Assembly (NCBI GenBank): GCA_031409275.1
Contig: JANNXA010000055.1
Coordinates: 256,001 to 320,000, forward strand
Origin: Planctomycetota bacterium
GTDB taxonomy: Bacteria > Planctomycetota > B15-G4 > SIAN01
DNA: 64,000 nucleotides
Reading direction: 5' to 3'
Both the position numbers and the translations under genes were made by a program. Each line of letters starts with the position of its first letter. The stretch's first letter is position 1. Of the stretch, positions 44,807 through 54,099 are shown in pieces. The notes beneath the pieces are model-generated. The model worked only from the letters and a program-made list of their open reading frames with translations, was not told where the DNA came from and made no database searches.

Positions 44807-46126
44807 CTACTGCAACGTCACCACGATCGCCTCCGAGGTGCCGTAGAACGGCCCCGCGAAGGTCTCTGCCGTGAGCAGCTGCGCCGCGAGGTCGAGCCCG
44901 GCAAGACCCGGGTTGTCGAGCACCTCGTGGTAGGCGCCGAGCCCATCGAAGAAGAGCGGGAACGTGTTCAAGCCGACGAAATCGAGCGCGAAGAAGAGCG
45001 GAGCCGGCCAGGTCCGATTGCGCAGCGTGAGTTCGCTCGCCGCGAGGCCGTTTGAGACGTAGAGCAGCCCCACGCCGTTCGGCGTCGCCCCCACCACGTC
45101 GAAGTCGAACGGCCCGACCGCGATCGGCGACGGCGGGTTCACCACCAACTGCGGCCGCTGCGGCGTCACGATCGTCATCTCGTTCAGCGAGAAGAAGTCG
45201 CTGCGAATGGCCAGCAGGGTGCCGCCCTCGGCGGGCTGCCACGGCTCGAAGGCGCCACGCGCGCCTGGCTGCCAGCGCAGATAGAGGAACGAAGTGAACG
45301 CGCCGGCCTGTGCCAGCAGAGTCTGCGCCCCGGTCGCTGGATCGAGCGAGACCAGAGTGCCGTAGTTGGCGTCGCTGATCAGCACGTCGCCGCCGTCATC
45401 GAGCGCGAGTCCGTAGGCCCCGTCGACCACGCCGAGCAGGGTTGCCTGCGTGACGTCGAACTCGCCGGGCCCGATCGCGCTCGCGAGGTCGGCCGCATCG
45501 ACTCGCCACACCTCGGAGGCACCAGGCGGCGGCGGGAAGCTGCTGGCATCGGGCGTGCAGCAGTAGAGGTTTCCGGCGGCGTCGAACGCGAGCGGGCCCG
45601 AGGCCTCGGGCGAAGCGACGACGTCGTCGTAGCTGTCGTTGCCGAAGTCGCAAAGCGCCACGTGGGAGCCGCGAAAGAACGAGAGCGCATAGGAGACGAA
45701 GGCGCGCCCCTGCGGATCGAAGGCGAGGTCGAACGGGAACTTGATGTTGAGGACGACGCCGGCGTTCAACGTCGCCAGATCGATCGCCCAGATTTCGCTC
45801 TGGTTCGAATCGCCGAAGTAGAGCTTGCTCCCATCCGGCGAGCGGGTCAGGAACGCGCCGAACGCGAAGTTCGGCGGCGTGAAGAGCGTGCGAATGAGGC
45901 TGCCATCTTGCGGAGAAAGCTCGACGACGGCGCTGCCATCGAAGAGCGCCCAATTGCCGTTGGCCAGCACTTCGAAACCGCCGACGAAGGCGCCACCGGG
46001 CGCCACCACCACCCCATGCTGCGCAAAGCCGAGTTCGGCGCTCTGCGCAACGACGGGCGGCGCCATCGCAACGGCGCAGAGCAGCGGCGCGGCCCGCCCC
46101 ATCACGATTCCACGGAAACACTTCAT
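44807..46126 (-). CDS. Secreted beta-propeller (NHL/SMP-30-like) protein with C-terminal beta domain
   Basis: Signal peptide ending VVA-QS; repeats SPDGSKLYFGD, DLAFDPQGRAFVS, PLAFDAAGNLY, GLALDDGGDVLISD. Confidence 0.7.
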   Translation of the reverse strand: MKCFRGIVMGRAAPLLCAVAMAPPVVAQSAELGFAQHGVVVAPGGAFVGGFEVLANGNWALFDGSAVVELSPQDGSLIRTLFTPPNFAFGAFLTRSPDGSKLYFGDSNQSEIWAIDLATLNAGVVLNIKFPFDLAFDPQGRAFVSYALSFFRGSHVALCDFGNDSYDDVVASPEASGPLAFDAAGNLYCCTPDASSFPPPPGASEVWRVDAADLASAIGPGEFDVTQATLLGVVDGAYGLALDDGGDVLISDANYGTLVSLDPATGAQTLLAQAGAFTSFLYLRWQPGARGAFEPWQPAEGGTLLAIRSDFFSLNEMTIVTPQRPQLVVNPPSPIAVGPFDFDVVGATPNGVGLLYVSNGLAASELTLRNRTWPAPLFFALDFVGLNTFPLFFDGLGAYHEVLDNPGLAGLDLAAQLLTAETFAGPFYGTSEAIVVTLQ

Positions 46127-46332
46127 GCCCATCTCCCGAGCCCGCGCGACGCCCCTTCGGCACCACGCAGGATTGCGACCGGAGATCCGGTCGCGCCTCG
46201 CTCCAGACGGGGAGGCGGAGGGCGCGACGGCACGAAGGGACGCAACGCGCGAAGTGGCGCGAAACGGCTCCAGCGGACGTCCACGGCCCGGCTCCTCCCC
46301 TCGAGGAGCACGTGAAGGACCCAGGCGGTGGA

Positions 46333-46553
46333 ACGGTCTTCTGGCTCTCGGGCGATCTACTCGTCCCGCCTTCCCAGCACGCGCAGGCAACCTTGCGATT
46401 CCTCGCAAGGGCGACGCGCGCCAGTGGCGCTCCGTGCTTCGGGATCGTGATCCCTCGGCAACGTGGACTTTCGCTCCCGATTACAGCGGCGGGGCCGCGC
46501 CGGAATTGCACCGGCTTCCCGAATTCGCACCGCGAACGGCGCGGGAACCTAGC
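46333..46553 (-). ncRNA. Cobalamin riboswitch
   Basis: Minus strand AGGTTCC..GGGAAGCCGGTGCAATTCCGGCGCGGCCCCGCCGCTGTAA..GCCACTG..GGGAAGGC..GAGCCAGAAGACC (B12 box). Confidence 0.93.
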
Positions 46554-46589
46554 GGCGCCACACGCGCCGCGCAACGGGTTCGTCGCGGC

Positions 46590-48263
46590 TCAGGGCGATC
46601 GTGGCGGCGACTGGCCGAAACGCTGCGCCAACGGATGGCGCCAGCCACTTCCAAACGCCTTCGGAGTGACCTTCAGCACCGGAGCGCCTTGCTTGCGCTT
46701 GAACTCGCTCTTCAGCAGAAGACGGCGCATCTCGCGCGCGAGCGACTCGGGCGTGCCGCGCGCGACCTGCTCGGCGATCCCGCGCCGCTCGACCACGAGA
46801 TCGCGCAGTACCGGATCGAGCACCGCGTAGGGCGGCAGGCTGTCCTCGTCCTTCTGATCGGCGCGCAACTCGGCCGAAGGCGGCCGCTCGATGGTGCGCC
46901 ACGGGATCACTTCGCGCTCGCGGTTCACGTGACGCGACAACGCGAAGACCAGCGTCTTCTCGACATCCCCGATCACGGCGAGGCCGCCGTTCATGTCGCC
47001 GTAGAGCGTGCAGTAGCCGACGGCGAGCTCCGACTTGTTCCCGGTGGTCAGCAACAGGTGGCCGTGCTGGTTGGCGATCGCCATCAGCGCGGTGCCGCGC
47101 ACCCGCGCCTGGAGGTTCTCATCGGTGAGGCCGCGACCGCCGTTCTTCAGGATCGGTTCGAGCGCGCGCCGATACGACTCGACCACCGGCTCGATCGCGA
47201 CGGTTTCGAAGCCGATGCCGAGCGCGTGCGCGAGCTGGGCGGCGTCATCGTGGCTCATCGCCGCGTTGAAGCGCGACGGCAGCGCGACGCCGAGCACGTT
47301 GTCCGGCCCAAGCGCGCGCGCCGCGATCACCGCCGTCAACGCCGAGTCGATGCCGCCCGAAAGACCTAACAGCGCGCGCTGGAATCCGCATTTCTGCGCG
47401 TAGTCGCGCAGCCCCATGACCAGCGCGGCCAGCACCTGCTCGTGATCGTCGTCGGCCGCAACCGAGAGCGCCGCGTTCGCGCCCGCGCCGACTCCGTCGG
47501 GCAGATCGGCCACCAGCAGCGCTTCCTCGAAACCCGCCGCATGGGCGAGCAGCCGCCCTTCGCCATCCACCACCATGCTGTGGCCATCGAAGAGCAGCGA
47601 GTCGTTGCCGCCGACCAGATTGCAGTAGGCGACCGGCAGTCGCTGATGCCGCGCGACGGCGGCGATCATGGCGCGACGCAGCTGCGGTTTGCCGATCTCG
47701 AACGGCGATGCCGAGGCGTTCAGGATCGCATCGGCACCGAGGCGGCGCAGCTCGGAGTTCGGGTCGATCGGATAGAGGCGCCGCGGCCAGAAGCGCTCGT
47801 CGTTCCAGAGGTCTTCGCAGATCGAGACGCCGAGCCGGCGGCCGCCGAGGTCGATCACGGTGCGCGAGTCGGCCGGATCGAACCAGCGCCGTTCATCGAA
47901 GACGTCGTAGTTGGGCAGCAGCGACTTGCGAGCGGTCGCCTGCACGCGGCCATCGTGCAGGAAGGCGACGCTGTTGCTGCGGCCGAAACCGGTCGCATGC
48001 GGCGAGGCCTCGACGAAACCGACGAGCGCCGCCGGGCCGCCGCGCAACTGGCGCGCGAGCTCGTGCAGCGTCGCCTCCCCTTCGGCGACGAAGTCGCTCC
48101 ACTCCACGAGGTCCCCGGGGGAGTAGCCGCAGAGCGTCAGCTCGGGGAAGAGGACGACGTCGGCACGCTGCGCCGCGGCGCGTGCGCACCACCGTTCGAT
48201 CTTGGCGGCGTTCTGCGCATGGGCGCCGATCGTGGTGTTGATCTGGGCGAGGGCGAGTCGCAT
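46590..48263 (-). CDS. nadE: Glutamine-dependent NAD+ synthetase
   Basis: Nitrilase domain FPEL, LPNYDVFDERRWF, ICEDLW; GLSGGIDS, ENLQARVRG, TGNKSELAVGYCTLYGDM. Confidence 0.95.
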   Translation of the reverse strand: MRLALAQINTTIGAHAQNAAKIERWCARAAAQRADVVLFPELTLCGYSPGDLVEWSDFVAEGEATLHELARQLRGGPAALVGFVEASPHATGFGRSNSVAFLHDGRVQATARKSLLPNYDVFDERRWFDPADSRTVIDLGGRRLGVSICEDLWNDERFWPRRLYPIDPNSELRRLGADAILNASASPFEIGKPQLRRAMIAAVARHQRLPVAYCNLVGGNDSLLFDGHSMVVDGEGRLLAHAAGFEEALLVADLPDGVGAGANAALSVAADDDHEQVLAALVMGLRDYAQKCGFQRALLGLSGGIDSALTAVIAARALGPDNVLGVALPSRFNAAMSHDDAAQLAHALGIGFETVAIEPVVESYRRALEPILKNGGRGLTDENLQARVRGTALMAIANQHGHLLLTTGNKSELAVGYCTLYGDMNGGLAVIGDVEKTLVFALSRHVNREREVIPWRTIERPPSAELRADQKDEDSLPPYAVLDPVLRDLVVERRGIAEQVARGTPESLAREMRRLLLKSEFKRKQGAPVLKVTPKAFGSGWRHPLAQRFGQSPPRSP

Positions 48264-48295
48264 GGCGGCAGCATGCCTGCGCCGCCCCGTCGCCG

Positions 48296-49516
48296 CTACT
48301 CGCGACGGCGCAGCAACGGCAGCGGTGCGAAACTCTCCGCGAGGAAGGCCGCTGCGTCGACCTCGAACCACTGCGCGAGCAGCGTCGCGTAGACCCGCCG
48401 GAAATCGACGCCGTACTTCACGTCGCCATCTTCGAGGTCGCGCAGATCGGGAGCGGGTCCGTGCATGCCACCCGCAACCGCTCCGCCGAGCAGCAGCAGC
48501 GGCGCCGCGGCACCGTGATCGGTCCCCTTCGAGCCGTTCTCCGCGACGCGGCGCCCGAACTCCGAGGAGACCATCACCAGGACCTCCTGTGTGGCACCGA
48601 GCGCTGCGACGTCCGCCCAGAACGCGCCGAGCGAATCGCCGAGATCGCGCAGCAGGAACGCGTGTGCATCGGCCTGGAAGGCGTGGGTGTCGTAGCCGTC
48701 CTGGCGAGCGTAGTAGGCACTGCAGTCGAGCTCGCCAGCCAGCAGCTGCGCCACCAGCTGCAACGAGCGACCCAGCGGTGTATCGGGATAGCTCGCCGTC
48801 GTGCGGCCGAGCTTCGCAGCGCGTGCCACCTGCGCCGACTGCGCGTGGGTCGCGCGCGTCGCCTCACGCAGGAAGCGGAGTGCGTCACGATCGCCCTCGC
48901 CGTTCGCGAGTTCGGCCATCGCCGCCACGCGCCCCTCCTTGCCGTCCCCCGGTCCCGAGGCAACCTCGAGGTCGGAGAAGGAGTCGACCTGAGGCGCCGG
49001 TCCGCGCGCCCCATGCAACAGCAGCGGCACGCTCCCGCCGCCCACCATCAGCGCCGGCAGTCGCCCATCGGCCACCACCTCGGGGAGTTCACCGACGCGC
49101 GCCAACCAGCCGCAGTTCGCCTGTTCCGGCGTGAGCGACGCCGTGTGCCAGATGTCGGTCGAGCGGAAGTGGCTGCGATCGGGACGCGGGTAGCCGACGC
49201 CTTGCACGATGGCGAGCTCGCCCGCCTCGAAACGTGGATGGAGCGCCGCCAGCTCGCGCCGCAAGCCGAGCCCCGGTCGCAGCGGCAGCAGCTCCTTCTC
49301 CGTGAGCCGCAGGGTCGGCCGCGCCGCGATGTACGCAGGATCGGCGAACGGCACCACGGTGTTCAGGCCGTCGTTGCCGCCCGCCAGATCGAGCAGCACC
49401 AGCCGCCGCTCGCGTCGCCCCATCCGCGCCGCGCGAGCGAAGGCGAGGCTCGGCAGCAGCGGGAGCGCCGCCACCCCGAGCGCCGTCGTCAGGAACGATC
49501 GTCGAGTCGCCATCAT
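48296..49516 (-). CDS. DUF1501 domain protein with Tat signal
   Basis: TRRSFL, LAGGNDGLNTVVP, RSHFRS, GYDTH, SEFGRR..NGSKGTDHG. Confidence 0.9.
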   Translation of the reverse strand: MMATRRSFLTTALGVAALPLLPSLAFARAARMGRRERRLVLLDLAGGNDGLNTVVPFADPAYIAARPTLRLTEKELLPLRPGLGLRRELAALHPRFEAGELAIVQGVGYPRPDRSHFRSTDIWHTASLTPEQANCGWLARVGELPEVVADGRLPALMVGGGSVPLLLHGARGPAPQVDSFSDLEVASGPGDGKEGRVAAMAELANGEGDRDALRFLREATRATHAQSAQVARAAKLGRTTASYPDTPLGRSLQLVAQLLAGELDCSAYYARQDGYDTHAFQADAHAFLLRDLGDSLGAFWADVAALGATQEVLVMVSSEFGRRVAENGSKGTDHGAAAPLLLLGGAVAGGMHGPAPDLRDLEDGDVKYGVDFRRVYATLLAQWFEVDAAAFLAESFAPLPLLRRRE

Positions 49517-49571
49517 GGTCGTTCTCCTGCACGGCCGACCGCTTCCAGTCGAAGCGGTCGCGCCCCTCGCT

Positions 49572-50894
49572 TCACGCGATCTGCGCTTCCGGAGCCCCCA
49601 ACAACAGCTGCGCGACGCGTTGCACGCGCAACGTTCCAGCACCCGCGGCAGCGCTCGACGCGAAGTCGACGATCCGCGCGCGCGTCGTCGGATCGAGCGC
49701 GTCGTCGACCAGGATCGCTTCGAGCGTTGCCACCAGCGGCGCGCCGCCCACGCGAGCGCTCTCTCCCGCCAGCTTCTCCCAGTCGATGGTGATGCCGAGC
49801 TCGCCGCCGTAGCAGAGCTCCGCAGCGAAGCGGCCGCGCGCGAGCAGCGTGCGCGACGAGATCCAGCTGCGCCCTCCCTCCCATCCCTTCACGTTCGGCG
49901 GCGCGAAGAGTGACTGCCCCATCGCCGCCGCGGCCTCGGCGACCGCGCGATACTTGCTGCGTGCGCGCGTGCGTCGCAGCAGGCCGACGCACCATTCGAC
50001 CGGCCCGGCGATGCGCGACCGTCGAGCCGTCGTCGCGAAGAAGAGCTTCGACGCGAAGAGTCGCCGCAACGTCGTGCCGACGACCAGCTCCTCCTCGACG
50101 AGCGCGGCCGCCACCTCCGCGACCGCGGCGGCATCGGGGAGGTCCGTCACGAAGGCTCGCAAGAGCTTGCCGGCAAGGAACGGCGCGCAGGCCGCTTGGC
50201 GCGTCGCAACGTCGATCACTTCACCGCCATCGGTCAATTCGACGCCGAACAGCCTCTTGGTGCCGGTGTCGAGCGACCGCTCGTTGCGCCAGAAGAGGCC
50301 GTCGCGCACATGCCAGCCCGAGAAGGCGCGCGCCGCCTCCTGGACGTCACGCTCCGAATAGTGGCCGACGCCCAGCGAGAAGAGCTCGAGCAGCTCCCGC
50401 GCGAAGTTCTCGTTCGGGTGGCTGCGCACGTTGCTGTTGCCGTCGAGCCACACCAGCAACGCGGGGTCGCGCGCGGCCGCCTGCAGCAGTTCCCGGAAGG
50501 AGCCGCTCCCCTTCTCGCGGAAGAGCGCGTACTGCCGCCACATCCAGTCGTTCTGCTGCACCTTCACCTGGCTGGTGGCGAAGTGGTTGTGCCAGAACAG
50601 GGCGAGCTTCTCGAGCAGCGGCGCGCCGCTCTCCACCATGCGACCGAGCCACAACCCCTGCAGTCGCGGGAACTCATCGCTCTGCGAGACCGTGGGCGCC
50701 AAGGCCGCGAGCTGCGCGGCCGCCTTGCCCTCGTCGCGCGAGAAGAGGCGATCGAGCGTGGCCGGCAGTCCGGCGCTGACCGCTTCGGCGCGCTCTTCGG
50801 GCCGACTGCCAAACGCCGCGGATCGCAGCAGATGGCCGGCGGCTGCATCATCGAAGGGGCCATCGACGCCAGGTACGAACGGGGCGAGGTTCAC
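49572..50894 (-). CDS. DUF1800 domain protein
   Basis: GTG start; EKLALFWHNHFATS, PNENFARELLELFSLG, PPNVKGW. Confidence 0.9.
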   Translation of the reverse strand: MNLAPFVPGVDGPFDDAAAGHLLRSAAFGSRPEERAEAVSAGLPATLDRLFSRDEGKAAAQLAALAPTVSQSDEFPRLQGLWLGRMVESGAPLLEKLALFWHNHFATSQVKVQQNDWMWRQYALFREKGSGSFRELLQAAARDPALLVWLDGNSNVRSHPNENFARELLELFSLGVGHYSERDVQEAARAFSGWHVRDGLFWRNERSLDTGTKRLFGVELTDGGEVIDVATRQAACAPFLAGKLLRAFVTDLPDAAAVAEVAAALVEEELVVGTTLRRLFASKLFFATTARRSRIAGPVEWCVGLLRRTRARSKYRAVAEAAAAMGQSLFAPPNVKGWEGGRSWISSRTLLARGRFAAELCYGGELGITIDWEKLAGESARVGGAPLVATLEAILVDDALDPTTRARIVDFASSAAAGAGTLRVQRVAQLLLGAPEAQIA

Positions 50895-52759
50895 GGGCCG
50901 CCCTCCCGCGCCGGACGCGTGGCCCCGACGCGCGGCACCATCTGCAGCGCGAGCTCGACGCGCAACGTCGCATCGACGAGCCGCGTCGACAGCCGCAGCT
51001 TCGCCACCTCGCGCGCGATGTCGACGAGGAACGCCTGCTCGAGATTCGCCTGTTCGAGGCTCTTGCCCTGCTCCAGCGTGGCCTGCGCGATCAGCGCGTC
51101 GCGATCCTCGAGCGCCAGCTCGGCGACGTTTCTCCCATCGACTTCGATCCAGGTGAGCGCGCCGCTCGGCGCCGTCGCCATCTGTCCCACCGACAGCTCG
51201 TCGATCAGCGCCTGCATCAGTTCGACCGTCGACGCGACGATCAGCCGCGCCCCGACGCGCGCGAAGCAGGGCGATGCGTTCAGCCGCTCCGGCTCCACCG
51301 CGCGATCGTCGTCGCGGGGCAGGCGGCCGCCGGTGATCTGCACGCCGCGATGCGCGTCGACGAAGAGCTCGTAGGGCGCCTGGTTCTTCTGTGCGCTGTC
51401 GACGTTGAAGAGCGCGATGGCCATCTGCACGCCGTTGGCGAATTCGCGGCCGAGCCGCTCGTGGTCGCCGCGCGCCTGCCAGATCATCGCGCCGGCCGGG
51501 TAACGCAGCGCCGGAGGCGACGCGACTCCCGGAAAGGTCTGCCGCGAGAGCACGAAGAGGATCGACTCGTCGAGCGCCGGCAGCACTTCGTCGGGGAGGC
51601 TGCGGCCACCGAAGAAGATGCCGAGGTTCGCCTTCGCGAGCGCGAGCTCGGCGCCGACCTTGTCCTGGCACAGCTCGCCGTGATCGGCCCACAACGCCGC
51701 CAGATCGCGCCGCATCGACCAGGTGAGCAGCATCCCAGGAGGGTGCAGCGTCGGCAGCGGCTGCGCCGCGTTCGCATGGCCAAAGCCGCGATAGGCCGTC
51801 GGCAGCGGCGCATCGGCGGGCGCGGGCAACGCGACCTCGAAGACGAGCGACTCGGCGCTGCCATGCAACGACATCGGAACGACCGGTGCCCGCGCCGCCA
51901 ACGCGAAGAGGTCGCCGAGCAGCGCGGCGCCGACGAAGTCGTCCTGGCGAACGGGCAGCCACGACTCCTTGCCCGAGATCGCGGTCACGCGCGGGCCATC
52001 GAGCGCGAGCGCCACGATCGCATCCTGCGGCGCCGAAGCGCGCGCGGCGGCGACGAGTGCCGGCGGGGGCATCGAGACGCCCGCGATCGCGCGGGTGGCC
52101 AGCTCGGCGAAGCGCCCCTTGGTGCTGGCGAACAGGAGATCGCGGCCCACCTGGCCGACGTAGAGCTGCTCGCGGACGACCAGAGCCTCCACCCCACCGA
52201 GCGACTCCGTGCGCCAGGCGGGAGGCTCTTCCTTCGCCATCGCTGCCAGCGTGCGCGCCACCTGCATCAGATGGTCCGCGCGATCGAGGTCGCCGATGCG
52301 GACGGCGCCGACCAGCCCCGGCATCGTCTCGCCGGTCACCAGCGCCACGACCAGTTGCTCGCCCAGCACCGCATCGAGCAGGTCGTGCGCCTTCATGCCG
52401 CCGACCAGTTCGACGAAGCCATAGCCGGCCATCAGCTCGACGTAGGCCGGACTCTTCTGGTACTGCTTCCAGGCCGGAAGCGCGAAGAGGCGCTCCTTCA
52501 GGCTCGAGGTCGGCAGGTCGCGCATGCGCGCCCCCAACCCGCGCGCTTCGGCCACCGCGATCAGCTCCTCGGGCAGGAGCTCCGCAAGGTCGGCCACTTC
52601 GGTCGCTGGCGCCACCGCGACGACGGCCGGTTCACCACGAAGCCGCGGCCAGGCCGGTCCCGCCAGCGCCGCCAGCGGCAACCACGAGAGGAGGCCCGCC
52701 ACTGCAGCCGCCGCACCGAGGCGGCAAAGCAAGGTGCGCAGGGGTCGCGAGCGGCGCAT
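50891..52759 (-). CDS. Hypothetical exported protein (possibly DUF3352-like)
   Basis: N-terminal basic plus hydrophobic signal; stop overlaps the DUF1800 start. Confidence 0.6.
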   Translation of the reverse strand: MRRSRPLRTLLCRLGAAAAVAGLLSWLPLAALAGPAWPRLRGEPAVVAVAPATEVADLAELLPEELIAVAEARGLGARMRDLPTSSLKERLFALPAWKQYQKSPAYVELMAGYGFVELVGGMKAHDLLDAVLGEQLVVALVTGETMPGLVGAVRIGDLDRADHLMQVARTLAAMAKEEPPAWRTESLGGVEALVVREQLYVGQVGRDLLFASTKGRFAELATRAIAGVSMPPPALVAAARASAPQDAIVALALDGPRVTAISGKESWLPVRQDDFVGAALLGDLFALAARAPVVPMSLHGSAESLVFEVALPAPADAPLPTAYRGFGHANAAQPLPTLHPPGMLLTWSMRRDLAALWADHGELCQDKVGAELALAKANLGIFFGGRSLPDEVLPALDESILFVLSRQTFPGVASPPALRYPAGAMIWQARGDHERLGREFANGVQMAIALFNVDSAQKNQAPYELFVDAHRGVQITGGRLPRDDDRAVEPERLNASPCFARVGARLIVASTVELMQALIDELSVGQMATAPSGALTWIEVDGRNVAELALEDRDALIAQATLEQGKSLEQANLEQAFLVDIAREVAKLRLSTRLVDATLRVELALQMVPRVGATRPAREGGP

Positions 52760-52845
52760 GGTCGTCTCCAACAGAGGAAGGGATGCCGACCAAGAGTCGC
52801 GCCAGCGCCGTGCGTGAAAGCGGGGCTCCCGCGGGGCCGCCGCTC

Positions 52846-54099
52846 TCACCGCACGCGGCCGGCTCGCCAACGCTCTTCCAGTTCGGCGAAGCGGGCGCAC
52901 CCGAAGCGCGCGGCAACTTCTTCGAGCGACTCGGGCGCGCCGCGCAGCCGCGGCGTCTCGAACCAGGTCGCCCGCGCGTGCGGACCGCCGCCCCCATCTT
53001 CGACGCACCACGCGGCGAACGAGCCGGCGACGCCGGCAGCGGCCGGATCCCCCTCGTTTCGGAACAGCGCGGCGAGCGGTGCGTCGGCAGGTGCAGCGCC
53101 AAGCGCCTCGCTCGCCGACGCAGCGGCCAGCCATTGAGCGGCACCCTCGATCCACCACGCCGGCGCCCCATCGAAGCGCAACTGAACGAGGGTCGCGCGC
53201 ACCAGCGCCGCGCTCGCCAGCGGAGTGGTCGCCACGCTCGCCGACTGCACGATCCCCGCGCGCGGATCGGTGCCGACGGCGGCGAATCGTTCCTCGTCGA
53301 GCCATGCCAGAACGATTGGAGCCGCGAGGTCGAGTCGACGCTCGAGTGGCCGCAAGAGCTGCTGCTCCAGGCGTCGCCGCGTCACCCGCATGGCGACGAG
53401 GTCGGGCAAGGCCGCGCGCGGCGCGACCACCACCCACGGAGCGAGCTGTTCACCGCTCCAGACGTAGTCGTCGCGTGCGCGATCGATGGCGGCCACCCAC
53501 GCCTCACGCACCGCACCCAACGACGCCGCGCCATGGAATGGGCTCGCGAGCGGCTCGAAACCCTCCGGAACCGCCGACAACTCCGTCGCCGTCGGCGGCG
53601 CCGTCGGCGGCGCAGTCGGCGGCGCAGTCGGCGGTGCGATGGGTGCTGCGATCGGCGGCGCTGCCTGAGCTGCGGTCGAAGCGGCGGGTGGTGGCGACGT
53701 CGACGGGGAAGCCGGCTCTCGCTCGGGCGGGGCGATGGCCGCCGGAGGCGCTTGCGGCGAATCGTCAGGGGTCGACGACGGCGGCGGCGAGGCGATCTCC
53801 GCAACGACCGTTGGCGACGGTTCCGACCGCGCCGTCGGCGCGGTCGAAGCGGGTGGCACGGACGGCTTCGCGGCGGCCACGAGGTCGACGGCGGGAGCCG
53901 CGTCGTCTGCGCGCGGCGACGAGGGCCGATCCGGCTCGAGCGCCAATGCCGACTCGGGCTCGCGGGCAACGGGCAACGCCATCGTCAACGCGGCCACCCA
54001 CGCCACGATCGCCAGCGCGGCGGGCAGCCAGATCCTCACCGGCCATGTGGTGGAGCTCGTCACGCAGCGGATCGTAGGCGGCGCAGGCGGGCCCGTCAC
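52846..54099 (-). CDS. Membrane protein with Pro/Ala linker and degenerate peptidase-MA-like domain
   Basis: GTG overlaps the kinase stop; TM IWLPAALAIVAWVAAL; APPT repeats; PAWWIEGAAQWL without HEXXH. Confidence 0.5.
   Translation of the reverse strand: MTGPPAPPTIRCVTSSTTWPVRIWLPAALAIVAWVAALTMALPVAREPESALALEPDRPSSPRADDAAPAVDLVAAAKPSVPPASTAPTARSEPSPTVVAEIASPPPSSTPDDSPQAPPAAIAPPEREPASPSTSPPPAASTAAQAAPPIAAPIAPPTAPPTAPPTAPPTATELSAVPEGFEPLASPFHGAASLGAVREAWVAAIDRARDDYVWSGEQLAPWVVVAPRAALPDLVAMRVTRRRLEQQLLRPLERRLDLAAPIVLAWLDEERFAAVGTDPRAGIVQSASVATTPLASAALVRATLVQLRFDGAPAWWIEGAAQWLAAASASEALGAAPADAPLAALFRNEGDPAAAGVAGSFAAWCVEDGGGGPHARATWFETPRLRGAPESLEEVAARFGCARFAELEERWRAGRVR
53591..53662 (-). repeat. 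Coding 12-bp tandem repeat (APPT/APPI)
   Basis: GTCGGCGGCGC(C/A) units x4 plus two degenerate units on the plus strand. Confidence 0.8.
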
